A DNA stretch of 64,000 nt from Limisphaerales bacterium (GCA_965657355.1 CBFHOE010000007.1:1-64000), one strand, 5' to 3'. Shown: positions 1 through 10,009, counted from the stretch's first letter. Notes: generated from the sequence alone by a model not told the origin. Program-made: numbers and translations.

Positions 1-83
1 TGGCTTTGGCTTTGGCTTTGGCTTTGGCTTTGGCTTTGGCTTTGGCTTTGGCTTTGGCTTTGGCTTTGGCTTTGGCTTTGGCT
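1..83. repeat. Perfect hexanucleotide tandem repeat (TGGCTT)n encoding poly-PK
   Basis: 13 perfect TGGCTT units at 1-78 plus TGGCT; truncated by the window edge. Confidence 0.98.
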
Positions 84-285
84 CTGGATTATTTAAGGGT
101 GGGTCGTCGACTACTTCTTGGGTGGGCGTCGATCGAAAATTTATGGCTCCAGCGGGTATGACCTCAACAAAAACCCTCTCGTCTTTGGGCTTTTCTGCTG
201 GAGCAAATAGCCAAGCTAACCCGAACGCAATAACGTGCAGGGAAACACTGATTTGAATAGCTCTTAGGGTTGATCGACTCATCAT
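1..285 (-). CDS. TonB/TolA-like energy transducer, N-terminal part (runs off the left edge)
   Basis: Not in ORF track. Hand translation from ATG at 285: MMSRSTLRAIQISVSLHVIAFGLAWLFAPAEKPKDERVFVEVIPAG...DDPPLNNPEPKPKPKP. One N-terminal TM helix with the S-x3-H motif (SVSLH), then a Pro/Lys-rich linker; directly downstream of exbB/exbD-like genes. Confidence 0.85.
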   Translation of the reverse strand, partial: MMSRSTLRAIQISVSLHVIAFGLAWLFAPAEKPKDERVFVEVIPAGAINFRSTPTQEVVDDPPLNNPEPKPKPKPKPKPKPKPKPKPKPKPKPKP

Positions 286-335
286 GTGATACGCTTTTAA
301 TTTATGCTGATAATTATAAAGAAAATCAAACTGGT

Positions 336-752
336 TTATTCTTCATCTGGCTCTGCCCTGAGCGAGAATCTCACTATACCGTTTCTGGTGCACATGTCAG
401 TGACTTCGAAAAAGGACTTGTAAGCAGCGTCCTTATCAACCCTTAAAAAAACCACTATGTTTGTGTTTGCCTTATAGTCGGAAACAAGTTGGGTTTCCAA
501 CTCTCCAATGTCGACTTTTTTAGACTCATAAGCCAATCCCCCTCCAGGGGCAATTTCCACTGTTTTAACTATTTCAGGTTTTAGGTTTTCTTGGGAATCG
601 CCGCCCTCAGGGAGTGAGAGATCGACGCTATGTTCTATTGTTTGGGTCGCAATGACAAAAATAATGAGCAATACGAAGGCTAAATCCAATAATGGGGTGA
701 CATTGAGTTCGTTCAGAGAATGGGCTTGATGCCTCGATGCATACCTCTTCAT
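336..752 (-). CDS. exbD: ExbD/TolR family biopolymer transport protein
   Basis: ELNVTPLLDLAFVLLIIF TM motif with conserved Asp; C-terminal LRVDKDAAY motif. Confidence 0.92.
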   Translation of the reverse strand: MKRYASRHQAHSLNELNVTPLLDLAFVLLIIFVIATQTIEHSVDLSLPEGGDSQENLKPEIVKTVEIAPGGGLAYESKKVDIGELETQLVSDYKANTNIVVFLRVDKDAAYKSFFEVTDMCTRNGIVRFSLRAEPDEE

Positions 753-1529
753 TTATGAGGGTCTTTCTAAAGGAAGTTCATTTTGAGTCTGGTCTTTGTG
801 CTTTTGGGCTGAGGCATTTACTGTATACCGGATTAATATCGCCGAACTGTATGTTTGAGCAAAATTATCAAGGTCAACAACCAAACTGCGAGATTTACCT
901 ATGAGCCAGTTGTATCCAAACATGGATGGGATAGCTACCAACAGGCCAGCAACTGTCGTCATCATAGCTGCGGAGAGACCGGGAGCCATGTTGACAAGTT
1001 GGGCCTGACCCGATTCCGCGACGTCGGTAAAAATCGTCATCACGCCCCAAACAGTTCCAAGTAATCCAATAAAAGGGGCTCCGCTCACCGCCAATGCCAA
1101 AACGACCATACCAGACTCTAATTTTTCAGCTTCAGTTGCTACCGCTGACTCTAGAGAGCTTTCTAAGCATTTCTGGGACGCCGGAGTGTAGGGCCTTTCG
1201 GGAGTTTCAGGAATACCTCGCCGCAAAACCTGGCTGAACTCTTCCGAAGCTTGCATGTAGACGTTAAAATTAGGGCATCCGTCGACAGCCAAGCCTTGGT
1301 CATAAATTGCAAGAGGGTCATCTTGTTTTCGAAAGCTCCTCCAAAACATTCTGTTGAGTTTCTGGGATTTTTTTAACTGGAGGAGCTTGGAGGCCATCAC
1401 GCCCCAGGCTACGAGTGAAAATACGAACAAAATGCTTACGATGACCCTTCCTTCGATGGAGGATTGATCCCAGGCGTAATGAAGCGTGTTGACGCCCAAT
1501 ATAGGCTCAATTGAGTTACCAGTCACCAT
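753..1529 (-). CDS. exbB: MotA/TolQ/ExbB proton channel protein
   Basis: APFIGLLGTVWGVM and GLSAAMMTTVAGLLVAIPS motifs; abuts exbD. Could equally be tolQ. Confidence 0.92.
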   Translation of the reverse strand: MVTGNSIEPILGVNTLHYAWDQSSIEGRVIVSILFVFSLVAWGVMASKLLQLKKSQKLNRMFWRSFRKQDDPLAIYDQGLAVDGCPNFNVYMQASEEFSQVLRRGIPETPERPYTPASQKCLESSLESAVATEAEKLESGMVVLALAVSGAPFIGLLGTVWGVMTIFTDVAESGQAQLVNMAPGLSAAMMTTVAGLLVAIPSMFGYNWLIGKSRSLVVDLDNFAQTYSSAILIRYTVNASAQKHKDQTQNELPLERPS

Positions 1530-1760
1530 AGTATTCGCTCACTAAATCCAAACAATGACAACCTATCTCTTTCATGACGAGACTTTTTTGATCAATAACC
1601 TGCAAAAAACCTGATAAAAAACCTGATATAACTATATCTTTGGCTTTTTTGTAAAAAAATACTAACATAACCTGATTGTAAAATCGGAGGAATTTTAACC
1701 TTAAAATCGTCCGTAAGGCGTTGCCTTATTCACAACTCAGGGCATAATACATTCAATATT

Positions 1761-4136
1761 ATGGGTATGCGGTCCATCTGGTCCAAAATCGGATCTTCTC
1801 ACAAAGTATTGGGAGAGCTGAATCTACCTCTCATTGCATTGGTTTTGACAGCTACGTATTCGTCTAACAATGCGGAAGCGAAGACAGCTTACGAAAGCAA
1901 CGTTGTTCCATTTATGTCGGAATATTGCTTCGATTGCCATGGAGAAGACAGACAGAAAGCTGATCTTAACCTAGAAGCATTCACGGGTGACGTTCTTCTT
2001 TACAAGCAGCCCAAACTCTGGCAAAGGGTCATTGAGGTCATTGAAACCCGAGAGATGCCTCCAGAGAAAAAACCTCAACCATCGAGCGAACAAAGATTCA
2101 AATTAGCCAGATTTTTAAGGGCCCAACTCAAGGCATTGGATTGTAACGAGGTCTCAAATCCTGGACGAGTCACCATCCGTAGGCTCAACAAAATTGAGTA
2201 TAACAATACCACACAGGACTTGTTTAAAATAGACATCACCCCGGCTGACGATTTCCCTAATGACGAAGTAGGCTACGGTTTTGATAACATTGCCGATGTG
2301 CTTTCTATTCCCCCAATTTTGATGGAGAAATATCTAACAGCATCGGAAAAGATCGCTCAAACAGCGCTGCTACCCCAAACCCCGGAGTGGCCCCCAAGAG
2401 AAAGGCACCAGGCTGAAGATTTTGTCACCAGATCAGACCATATAAGGCCATCACGTGATAAATATCTCGGCTTGTATAGAGAAGGCTCCGCCTACATGGA
2501 ACTGGAGTCCGAAAGAGATGCCAAATATACGCTAAAATTCAAAGCTTATGGCGAACAAGCTGGTCCTGAGCCCCCAAAGCTTTCAGTTTCTGTAGCAGGC
2601 AACGAAGGAGTCATTTTCGATGTTCCCCAGGAAGCAGAGCAACAGGGTGTTTTCTCAATGGATGTAGCTTTGAAGAAAGGAAATACCAGAATTACTGTTT
2701 CTTATCTGAATAACTTTAATGACTCCAATTTCGAAATCCCCGAACTGTCAGGAGATAGAAACTTATTCATAGACTATGTGGATATTGTCGGCCCGCTTGA
2801 TATCCCTGCACCAGATCTCCCCGCATCGCACACCAGGATTATTTCTAAAAGCCCTGTGCCAGGCGAAGAAAGTGAAGCAGCACGCTCTATTGTCAAAAAG
2901 CTTGCAACAAAAGCCTTCAGGAGGCCAGCAACGACTAACGAAATACAAAGACTAACCAGCCTGGTTATCATGGTATTAGATGATGGGGGCACGTTCGAAC
3001 AGGGAATCCAATTGGCTGTCCAAGCCATAATAAGCTCTCCCAAGTTCCTCTTCAGATGGGAGTTAGATACAGGCCTTATGACCGACGAGGAACTGGCCAT
3101 AAGAAATATAAATAATTACGAAATCGCAAGTAGGCTTTCCTATTTTCTATGGAACTCCATGCCAGACGATGAGCTCTTCGACTTGGCGGAGGCGGGAAGG
3201 CTTATTGAAGCCAATGTCCTCGACGCCCAAATCAATCGAATGCTGAAGGATAAAAAAGCTAAAAGGTTTATCCACAACTTCGCAGGACAATGGCTCCAGA
3301 TCAGAAACCTCGATTCTCACTCGCCTGATCCGAATCTCTTTCCTGAATTCAATGAAAAGCTCAGGCTAGCCATGAAGAGGGAAACCGAATTACTATTCGA
3401 GGAAATTCTAGCGAAAGACTTGCCTCTCACTACGCTTTTGGACGCTGACTTTACTTTTTTGAACAAGCCACTGGCAAAACATTACGGCATGCCCGCCCCA
3501 GATTCAGAAGAATTTGTTAAAGTTTCTCTACCCGCTAACAATCCACGTGGAGGCGTTCTTACACACGCCAGTATATTGACAATTACATCGAACCCGACGA
3601 GAACCTCACCGGTCATCAGGGGCAAATGGATTCTCGAGCAAATTTTAGGAACTCCCCCCCCGCCTCCACCTCCGAACGTTCCAGAAATCGAAGAGTCCAA
3701 AGAGGCAATGGAGAATGCATCATTTAGAGAAAGATTAGAATTACACAGGGACAAACCAGATTGTTCAGGCTGCCATGCAAAAATGGACCCAATCGGGTTT
3801 GCCTTCGAAAACTTCGATGCTGTCGGCAAATGGCGAACTCATGATGGCACCTTCAAAATCGATCCATCCGGGAAGCTCCCTGACGGACGTGGCTTTGACG
3901 GGCCCTCATCTTTAAGAAACTACCTTCTTACCGGAGACGCATTTGTAAAATCCCTGAGCGAGAAAATGCTCACCTACGCCTTGGGAAGAGGATTGGATTA
4001 TTATGATCAATGCGCTATTGAAAAAATTGTAAATCGAGTTAAAAATACCGACTACAAATTTTCTTCAATGATCAAAGGGATCATTTTCAGTGATCCTTTT
4101 TTAAAAAGAAACATAAAAGACCAGGACGATGAGTAA
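1761..4136 (+). CDS. DUF1592/DUF1588-family PVC cytochrome c-domain protein with an inserted carbohydrate-binding-like domain
   Basis: CFDCH and CSGCH heme motifs; IRRLNKIEYNNT, GFDN, ASRLSYFLW, RTSPVIRGKWIL, DPIGFAFENFD, YALGR motifs; internal GDRNLFIDYV beta-sandwich. Confidence 0.9.
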   Translation: MGMRSIWSKIGSSHKVLGELNLPLIALVLTATYSSNNAEAKTAYESNVVPFMSEYCFDCHGEDRQKADLNLEAFTGDVLLYKQPKLWQRVIEVIETREMPPEKKPQPSSEQRFKLARFLRAQLKALDCNEVSNPGRVTIRRLNKIEYNNTTQDLFKIDITPADDFPNDEVGYGFDNIADVLSIPPILMEKYLTASEKIAQTALLPQTPEWPPRERHQAEDFVTRSDHIRPSRDKYLGLYREGSAYMELESERDAKYTLKFKAYGEQAGPEPPKLSVSVAGNEGVIFDVPQEAEQQGVFSMDVALKKGNTRITVSYLNNFNDSNFEIPELSGDRNLFIDYVDIVGPLDIPAPDLPASHTRIISKSPVPGEESEAARSIVKKLATKAFRRPATTNEIQRLTSLVIMVLDDGGTFEQGIQLAVQAIISSPKFLFRWELDTGLMTDEELAIRNINNYEIASRLSYFLWNSMPDDELFDLAEAGRLIEANVLDAQINRMLKDKKAKRFIHNFAGQWLQIRNLDSHSPDPNLFPEFNEKLRLAMKRETELLFEEILAKDLPLTTLLDADFTFLNKPLAKHYGMPAPDSEEFVKVSLPANNPRGGVLTHASILTITSNPTRTSPVIRGKWILEQILGTPPPPPPPNVPEIEESKEAMENASFRERLELHRDKPDCSGCHAKMDPIGFAFENFDAVGKWRTHDGTFKIDPSGKLPDGRGFDGPSSLRNYLLTGDAFVKSLSEKMLTYALGRGLDYYDQCAIEKIVNRVKNTDYKFSSMIKGIIFSDPFLKRNIKDQDDE

Positions 4137-5478
4137 ACTAAATTCAAATAGACGAAAGTTCCTAAAAGGGCTTGGAGTAGGCGTCTCTCTTCCATTTTTC
4201 GACTCGGCTCTCCCTGTAAGTGCAAGAACCACCACCACCACCGGGCAACCGGTAAGGTTGGGATTCTTCTTCATACCGAATGGGGTCAACCTAGCTCATT
4301 GGACACCAGAGCAAGAGGGCTTCAATTTCCAGCTCAAAAAGACTCTTAGTCCATTGGGTCACCTTAAAAATGATATTAATGTCATCACAGGCCTGACACA
4401 CGACAAAGGTCGAGCTAATGGTGATGGCGCAGGTGACCACGCAAGATCCGCTGGTGTTTTTTTAACAGCCTCTCAACCACTGAAAAGTGAAGGCGCCGAC
4501 ATAAGGGCTGGGCAATCAGCAGATCAAAGAGCTGCCGAGGTTCTGGGTCAGCACACACGTTTTCCATCGTTGGAGTTAGGTACAGAGGGAGGTAGACCAT
4601 TTGGTAAATGTGATTCAGGGTATAGCTGTGCTTACTCAAACAATATATCGTGGAAAAACGACGTCACCCCGATGTCCAAGCTGACCAACCCAAGGGAAGT
4701 ATTTGAGAGACTATTCGGAAGTGGGAAGAAAAAAGAAAAAGACGAAAACGCGGCACTGAGACAACGATACAAAAAGAGTATCTTAGATTTCGTTCTGGAA
4801 GACACAAAACAACTATCTAAATCACTTCCTATTGGTGACAAAAGAAAGCTGGATGAATACCTCACAGCGGTGCGTGAAATAGAATCAAGACTGGAGAAGG
4901 CAGAATCTGATGTGGCGACCCACTCAGAATTCGTCAGAAACTACAAACAACCCGAGGGCGTTCCTGATATGTATGAAGAACACGTAAGACTTCTTGGGGA
5001 TATGATGATCCTCGCATTCCAGTCAGATACAACAAGAGTCTGCTCCTTCATGATGGCTAACGCGGGATCAAACAGAAGCTACCGTAATGTTGGGGTCCGC
5101 GAGGGACACCATTCGCTCTCTCACCATCAAAGCAATCCGGATAAGCTCGACAAGATCCAGAGAATCGACGAGCACCATGTTGAGCTTTTTTCATATATTT
5201 TGGATAGGATGAAAGCAACTCCGGATGGCGATAGCAACTTGCTCCAAAATTCCTTACTTGTTTTCGGAAGTAGTATTTCGGACGGAAACCGCCACAATAA
5301 CGAGAACTTGCCTCTCATTACAGCAGGTCATGCTGGCGGACAACTTCTCAATGGAAGGCATATAAAATTCCCAGAAGAAACACCAATGGCAAATCTTCTG
5401 GTTTCCATGCTGAACTCCGCAGGAGTTAATGACCCATTCTTTGGAGACAGCACCGGGCCACTTAGAAACTTTATTTAG
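4129..5478 (+). CDS. DUF1552 family protein with Tat signal
   Basis: RRKFLKGLG Tat motif, FFFIPNGV, CDSGYSCAYSNNISW, HHSLSHH, DGNRH; overlaps its usual DUF1592 partner by 8 nt. Confidence 0.92.
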   Translation: MSKLNSNRRKFLKGLGVGVSLPFFDSALPVSARTTTTTGQPVRLGFFFIPNGVNLAHWTPEQEGFNFQLKKTLSPLGHLKNDINVITGLTHDKGRANGDGAGDHARSAGVFLTASQPLKSEGADIRAGQSADQRAAEVLGQHTRFPSLELGTEGGRPFGKCDSGYSCAYSNNISWKNDVTPMSKLTNPREVFERLFGSGKKKEKDENAALRQRYKKSILDFVLEDTKQLSKSLPIGDKRKLDEYLTAVREIESRLEKAESDVATHSEFVRNYKQPEGVPDMYEEHVRLLGDMMILAFQSDTTRVCSFMMANAGSNRSYRNVGVREGHHSLSHHQSNPDKLDKIQRIDEHHVELFSYILDRMKATPDGDSNLLQNSLLVFGSSISDGNRHNNENLPLITAGHAGGQLLNGRHIKFPEETPMANLLVSMLNSAGVNDPFFGDSTGPLRNFI

Positions 5479-5508
5479 GCCGAATATCGCAACCAGACTT
5501 TAACCACG

Positions 5509-5540
5509 AACGGTCTCGATCATCTTGAGACCGTTTTTTT
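5509..5540 (+). terminator. Intrinsic terminator
   Basis: AACGGTCTCGA-TCATC-TTGAGACCGTT followed by a T run. Confidence 0.8.
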
Positions 5541-5585
5541 ATAAATTTTACATTAACTCGTTGGATTATTAAAATAACCGTATCA

Positions 5586-7844
5586 ATGGTGAGGTCTATT
5601 AAATTTTATATTTTAGTTTTCGGGTTAGTGCTTCAGCTTATCCTGCCGCCGCTATCAAATGCACAAAATAGTTCTGCGACTCAGCGAGTCCTGGATAAAG
5701 CCATTCGTGAAATCCAATCAAGTGATACAGCAGAAAGAAGAAAGGGGGCTTATGCTTTAAACAACCTTGGAATAAACGCCCTCCCTGCCCTTGAACATAT
5801 CATTAGAGGTATCGAAGATGATGATGAACAAATATGGTTTCAGTCTATCGATTTGGTCGCAAAGCTTGGACCAAAAGCTGAAAAAGCTATCCCGACACTT
5901 GTGAACCAATTGAAAAGCGATCGTGGTAGATATAAAAATCAAATAGCCTACAGAACAGCATTTGCATTGGGCAAAATTGGCAAAGCAGCTATTCCTTCAC
6001 TTGGTAGCCTCATTATAGACTCTTCAGCCACCAGAAGGCGCACGGCCGCATTAGCATTCGGCTGGATTGAACCGAAAGCGACCGAAGCTATCCCTGACTT
6101 ACTGGAATTATTAGAGGATCAAAATGAAGAAGTAAGGTATGCAACAATCGAAACTTTTGGCAGAATTGGCGAACCCGCCATAGCCCCTATTGTGAGTGTT
6201 TTGAAGACTTCAAAATCGTCTACCAAAATAATCTCAAGCCTACGAGCACTGGAAAAAATTGGACCGTCAGCATCCAAAGCTCAAAACGCCGTCTCCAAAT
6301 TTCTCGAACCCGATTCAGACCCCAAGGTGAGTATGGCAGCAGTCAAGGCACTGGGCGCTTTTCGATTAAAAGGTGAAATCCTTGTTTCCTACCTAAATTC
6401 CCGAATCGAATCTGAAGACAGCGCTGTTTGGGAAGCCTGCTTACAATCATTTTTATTATGTCAGAATAGAAAATCACTAACCCCCTGGCTTGAGAAAAAC
6501 TTAAGTAGCAAAAGTGATCTAGTCCGAAATCGAACCCTTTCGTTAGTTGAAAAAATGGGACCTGATGCCTCAGGAACTATCCCGCAACTCATAGACCTTG
6601 CCAACCAGGGCAATGATTCAGGAACATCCAAATCAGCCATAAATGCCTTAGAGCTTTTGGGCGCAGAAAGCTTCCTACCCCTAATCATCGAGGTGGCCCC
6701 ATATGACATTGAAGATTTATCGGATTCGATGTGGCAAATCAGAACTCTGAATGACATCGGGCACCTCGCCATCAACGATTTGACGTCGGCACTAAATAGC
6801 GATTTTGGGTCAGTAAAGTGGTCTGCGCTTAACACAATTGAAAATAGGAAAATTCAATCCAACCAGATCCTAAGTACCATAACTAGATTAAGCAGTGACC
6901 CGGAACCTTCAATTAGGAAAAAAGCGCTTTCAACCTTGATTGGGGTAAAGCTACCCTCAAGGCAATTAATACCAATTGTCCAAAAACTTATCGCCGACCC
7001 AGATGTTTCTGTTCAGAATTTAGCTATCGCATCGATTCCATCTCTGGGAGACGGTGCGACCTTGCTGGAAGAAACGATTCTATCCGGCTTGGCTAGTCAG
7101 GATGTGGCGACTAGGATACTTTATTTGAATTCCATTTCAGCCTTGCCCAATATCCCAAAACAAATCGTCGCCCAGCTTACAGACAACATTCAAAATGACT
7201 CTGCAGAGGAACAGATAGCGAAAGTTGCAGCCTTCGGAAAATTGGGACTAAAGGCCAAAACTTCAATTGGGTCTATTTTGTCCATTAGTAACAATCAAAA
7301 TTCGAAACTGGAAAAAATTACTATTTTGTCTCTGGCCAAAATTGGCCCAAAAGACCCTCGGGTTGTCAGCCATATAGAAAAATATCTCAGTAGTGATAAT
7401 GCCGAATTTAAATTTGCAGCTTTCGAGGTCCTTAATGATATCTCATTAGATCCAAATAAAAAAATTGAATATGTAGGTAAAGGACTCAGAGATGACAACC
7501 AACAAGTCAGAGAAATTTCCGCTAACTACATACTAAAGCTAGGCACTGCAGGACGTATTTTTGCAGCCCGGCTTTTTGAAATGCTGAACCAAGAAAATGA
7601 CGACCATACATTTGTCATTGAAACTCTGAAGGCCATTCGCTCACCAAATATAGACCTCTATGTTGGGGCATTAAAAAACAAAGAATCCAGCGTGAGGCTT
7701 TTTGCAACAGAGACTCTCGGCAAAATGGGAAAACGAGCAGAATCAGCTCTCCCAGCTTTAAGGCAAGTTTCAGAAAATGATACTTATTCCCCCGTCAGGA
7801 GAGCAGCATCATCTGCGATCCGTAACATCATCCGCAAAAGATGA
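5586..7844 (+). CDS. Exported HEAT-repeat protein
   Basis: Signal peptide, then repeated VR..A..ALG.IG..A..AIP.L units. Confidence 0.88.
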   Translation: MVRSIKFYILVFGLVLQLILPPLSNAQNSSATQRVLDKAIREIQSSDTAERRKGAYALNNLGINALPALEHIIRGIEDDDEQIWFQSIDLVAKLGPKAEKAIPTLVNQLKSDRGRYKNQIAYRTAFALGKIGKAAIPSLGSLIIDSSATRRRTAALAFGWIEPKATEAIPDLLELLEDQNEEVRYATIETFGRIGEPAIAPIVSVLKTSKSSTKIISSLRALEKIGPSASKAQNAVSKFLEPDSDPKVSMAAVKALGAFRLKGEILVSYLNSRIESEDSAVWEACLQSFLLCQNRKSLTPWLEKNLSSKSDLVRNRTLSLVEKMGPDASGTIPQLIDLANQGNDSGTSKSAINALELLGAESFLPLIIEVAPYDIEDLSDSMWQIRTLNDIGHLAINDLTSALNSDFGSVKWSALNTIENRKIQSNQILSTITRLSSDPEPSIRKKALSTLIGVKLPSRQLIPIVQKLIADPDVSVQNLAIASIPSLGDGATLLEETILSGLASQDVATRILYLNSISALPNIPKQIVAQLTDNIQNDSAEEQIAKVAAFGKLGLKAKTSIGSILSISNNQNSKLEKITILSLAKIGPKDPRVVSHIEKYLSSDNAEFKFAAFEVLNDISLDPNKKIEYVGKGLRDDNQQVREISANYILKLGTAGRIFAARLFEMLNQENDDHTFVIETLKAIRSPNIDLYVGALKNKESSVRLFATETLGKMGKRAESALPALRQVSENDTYSPVRRAASSAIRNIIRKR

Positions 7845-7899
7845 TTCGTTTGTCATCATGACTTTCAGATTGCGAATTCTCACAATATTTGACTAGTAT

Positions 7900-8787
7900 A
7901 TGATACAAGTCACCAAACAAATGAGAATACTGATGCATAAATTACCGAATTTATTGATAGCCAATATCCTGGGCTTGTTAACCCTAAGTTTGCTGATCCA
8001 ATCAGCCTTTGCCCAAGACTCAAAATCCTTGTTTGAAGACCCCAATCTAGAGAGTAGTGTCAGGCAATATATCTTTGCAAAAAGAAATAATACTGAGGCA
8101 ATCACGAAAGAAGAGCTCTCAAATATCTCAACAATCAAAGCAAAAGGTAAGGGCATCAAGAGCTTGAAGGGTCTTGAACATTGTATCAATCTTGCGTCTT
8201 TTGACGCCCCATCTAATGAGATATCAGACTTAACCCCACTAGCCGATATGAAGCGCTTACAATTTTTAGACGTTTCAGATAATAACATATCGAATATCGC
8301 AACGCTGAAAACACTCAAGGGTCTTCAATACATAGAACTTTCAAAAAACAGTATTTCTGATGTATCAGCGATTTCTCATTGCAAAGCAGTAACTTCACTT
8401 TATCTCAGCAACAATAAAATTTCTGACATATCTCCTTTACTTGATTTACCAAAAGTATGGTCCCTATACCTTGACGGGAATGAACTTGAGGACGTAATCG
8501 GTATCTACAAATTGAAAAAGTTGACCACACTTTCAGTCAGAAATAACAGAATCAGAGACCTCTCTCCTATTTTTGGTCTCAGCCAACTCAACAATCTCTT
8601 TTTTGATTACAATGACATCAGCGACCTGGGGTCGCTGATCAACATTGCAGCGGCAGATAGAAACGGTCCCAACAAGTTTTCCATGTTCCTCAATATCAGC
8701 CTTGAAGGGAATCCGCTCACTTTCGAAGCCAGACGATATCAAATCCCAGAGTTAGAAAAAATTATTCGTAAAATATACAAAAAATAG
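7900..8787 (+). CDS. Exported internalin-like leucine-rich repeat protein (true start may be 7921 or 7933)
   Basis: Signal peptide, FEDPNLE cap, 22-aa LxxLxLxxNxIxDLxPL repeats, GNPL end cap. Confidence 0.88.
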   Translation: MIQVTKQMRILMHKLPNLLIANILGLLTLSLLIQSAFAQDSKSLFEDPNLESSVRQYIFAKRNNTEAITKEELSNISTIKAKGKGIKSLKGLEHCINLASFDAPSNEISDLTPLADMKRLQFLDVSDNNISNIATLKTLKGLQYIELSKNSISDVSAISHCKAVTSLYLSNNKISDISPLLDLPKVWSLYLDGNELEDVIGIYKLKKLTTLSVRNNRIRDLSPIFGLSQLNNLFFDYNDISDLGSLINIAAADRNGPNKFSMFLNISLEGNPLTFEARRYQIPELEKIIRKIYKK

Positions 8788-8816
8788 TTCCCACTTGATT
8801 TAACCAACAAAATTCT

Positions 8817-8854
8817 AAGTCCTTTCAGCATAATTAGGCCGAAAGGACTTTTTT
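8817..8854 (+). terminator. Intrinsic terminator
   Basis: AAGTCCTTTC...GAAAGGACTT stem followed by TTTT. Confidence 0.75.
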
Positions 8855-9239
8855 ATTGATATTTGAGCTTTTCCTATTCGATCCCAAGACAGGATTGGAA
8901 TACTTTGTGAGATTTCCATATACCTCTCCAACAATAAACCCGCATAGGAACTTGCCTTTTCCCAAAAAATACAAAAAACCGGAAAACTGCGAGAATGGGC
9001 TTTTCTTTCCTCGGTATTTTTATCCAATGCTTAACGTTGGCAGGTCTATTTTTGATTGAATCTTTGAGAGAAATATGAAGCTTTCCTGCGCCTCCAAAAG
9101 CCAGAAAGACGGGAAAAATAATGTGTACAGATATAAGATAAGATTTGCCAGAAAACATGCCTCAGTGAAATGAATTTTGAACTAATCGAAGTATTATTGA
9201 AGGATTTTGGTGATTTTATTTTAAAAAAAATAAAATGAC

Positions 9240-9268
9240 TTGCAGACAGAAGCTGAAATCCGGATAAT
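9240..9268 (+). promoter_or_regulatory. Probable sigma70 promoter of rpmI-rplT
   Basis: TTGCAG-17 nt-GATAAT with an A/T tract upstream (UP-element-like), 22 nt before the rpmI ATG. Confidence 0.55.
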
Positions 9269-9290
9269 CCTGCTCCTTTTAGGATAAAAA

Positions 9291-9506
9291 ATGCCACGAA
9301 CAAAACCAACTAAAACCAGGAAAGCGGTTGCAAAACGATTTAAAGTTACCGCCACCGGTAAGATAAAACGGGCTCGCAGTGGCAAAAGGCACTTACTGCA
9401 GCACAAGAGCCCAAAGCAAAAACGAAGACTCGGATCAAGTGCAATCTTGTCTGATTCAGATCGTGACCGCATCATTCTCAACTTACCGTTTAGCAACCGA
9501 AAATAA
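9291..9506 (+). CDS. rpmI: 50S ribosomal protein L35
   Basis: KTRKAVAKRFKVTATGKIKR...RHLLQHKSPKQKRRL. Confidence 0.97.
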   Translation: MPRTKPTKTRKAVAKRFKVTATGKIKRARSGKRHLLQHKSPKQKRRLGSSAILSDSDRDRIILNLPFSNRK

Positions 9507-9544
9507 CCAGCAAACATTAACAAAAGAATTAGAAATAAGAGAAA

Positions 9545-9922
9545 ATGCGAGTAACAAATGCTGCAGCGTCTAGAAAAAGAAGGAAGCGCACCTTAAGAGC
9601 TGCAAAGGGATTTCGGTTAAACCGCTCCAAACTGTTCAGATATGCGAAGGATGCTCTCGACCATGGCCGTCAGTATTCTTACCGAGACCGTAAAGTCAAA
9701 AAGCGCACTTACAGACAACTTTGGCAAATTCGTATCAACGCCGCATCCAGAGCTTGTGGTATCACATACAGCCGCTTCATTGAAGGGTTGAAGGCAGCCA
9801 AAATTGAAGTTAACAGGAAGATTCTTGCAGATTTAGCTGTTAATGATGAACCAGCTTTTCAACAGCTTGTTGATCAATCCAAAAAAGCTTTGGAAGCTAA
9901 GGCCGCAGCAGCAAAATCCTAA
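9545..9922 (+). CDS. rplT: 50S ribosomal protein L20
   Basis: [45 protein letters not shown]. Confidence 0.98.
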   Translation: MRVTNAAASRKRRKRTLRAAKGFRLNRSKLFRYAKDALDHGRQYSYRDRKVKKRTYRQLWQIRINAASRACGITYSRFIEGLKAAKIEVNRKILADLAVNDEPAFQQLVDQSKKALEAKAAAAKS

Positions 9923-9966
9923 TCAAACAGTCAATTTATTAATTGGCTGAATAAGGTGAATTTGAT

Positions 9967-9996
9967 AGAAGGCTACCCGGCTCCGGGTGGCCTTCT
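9967..9996 (+). terminator. GC-rich hairpin between rplT and pheS (partial terminator or mRNA-stabilising stem)
   Basis: AGAAGGCTACCCG-GCTC-CGGGTGGCCTTCT; no clean U tract follows. Confidence 0.5.
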
Positions 9997-10009
9997 GATT
10001 TAATGAATT

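Noticed and set aside
1..83. Tandem repeat as a CRISPR array or telomere
   Set aside because: A 6-bp unit with no spacers, in frame within a TonB/TolA-like CDS.
8815..9309. Several short overlapping ORFs upstream of rpmI
   Set aside because: Mutually overlapping, AT-rich, without motifs, and crossing a terminator or the promoter.
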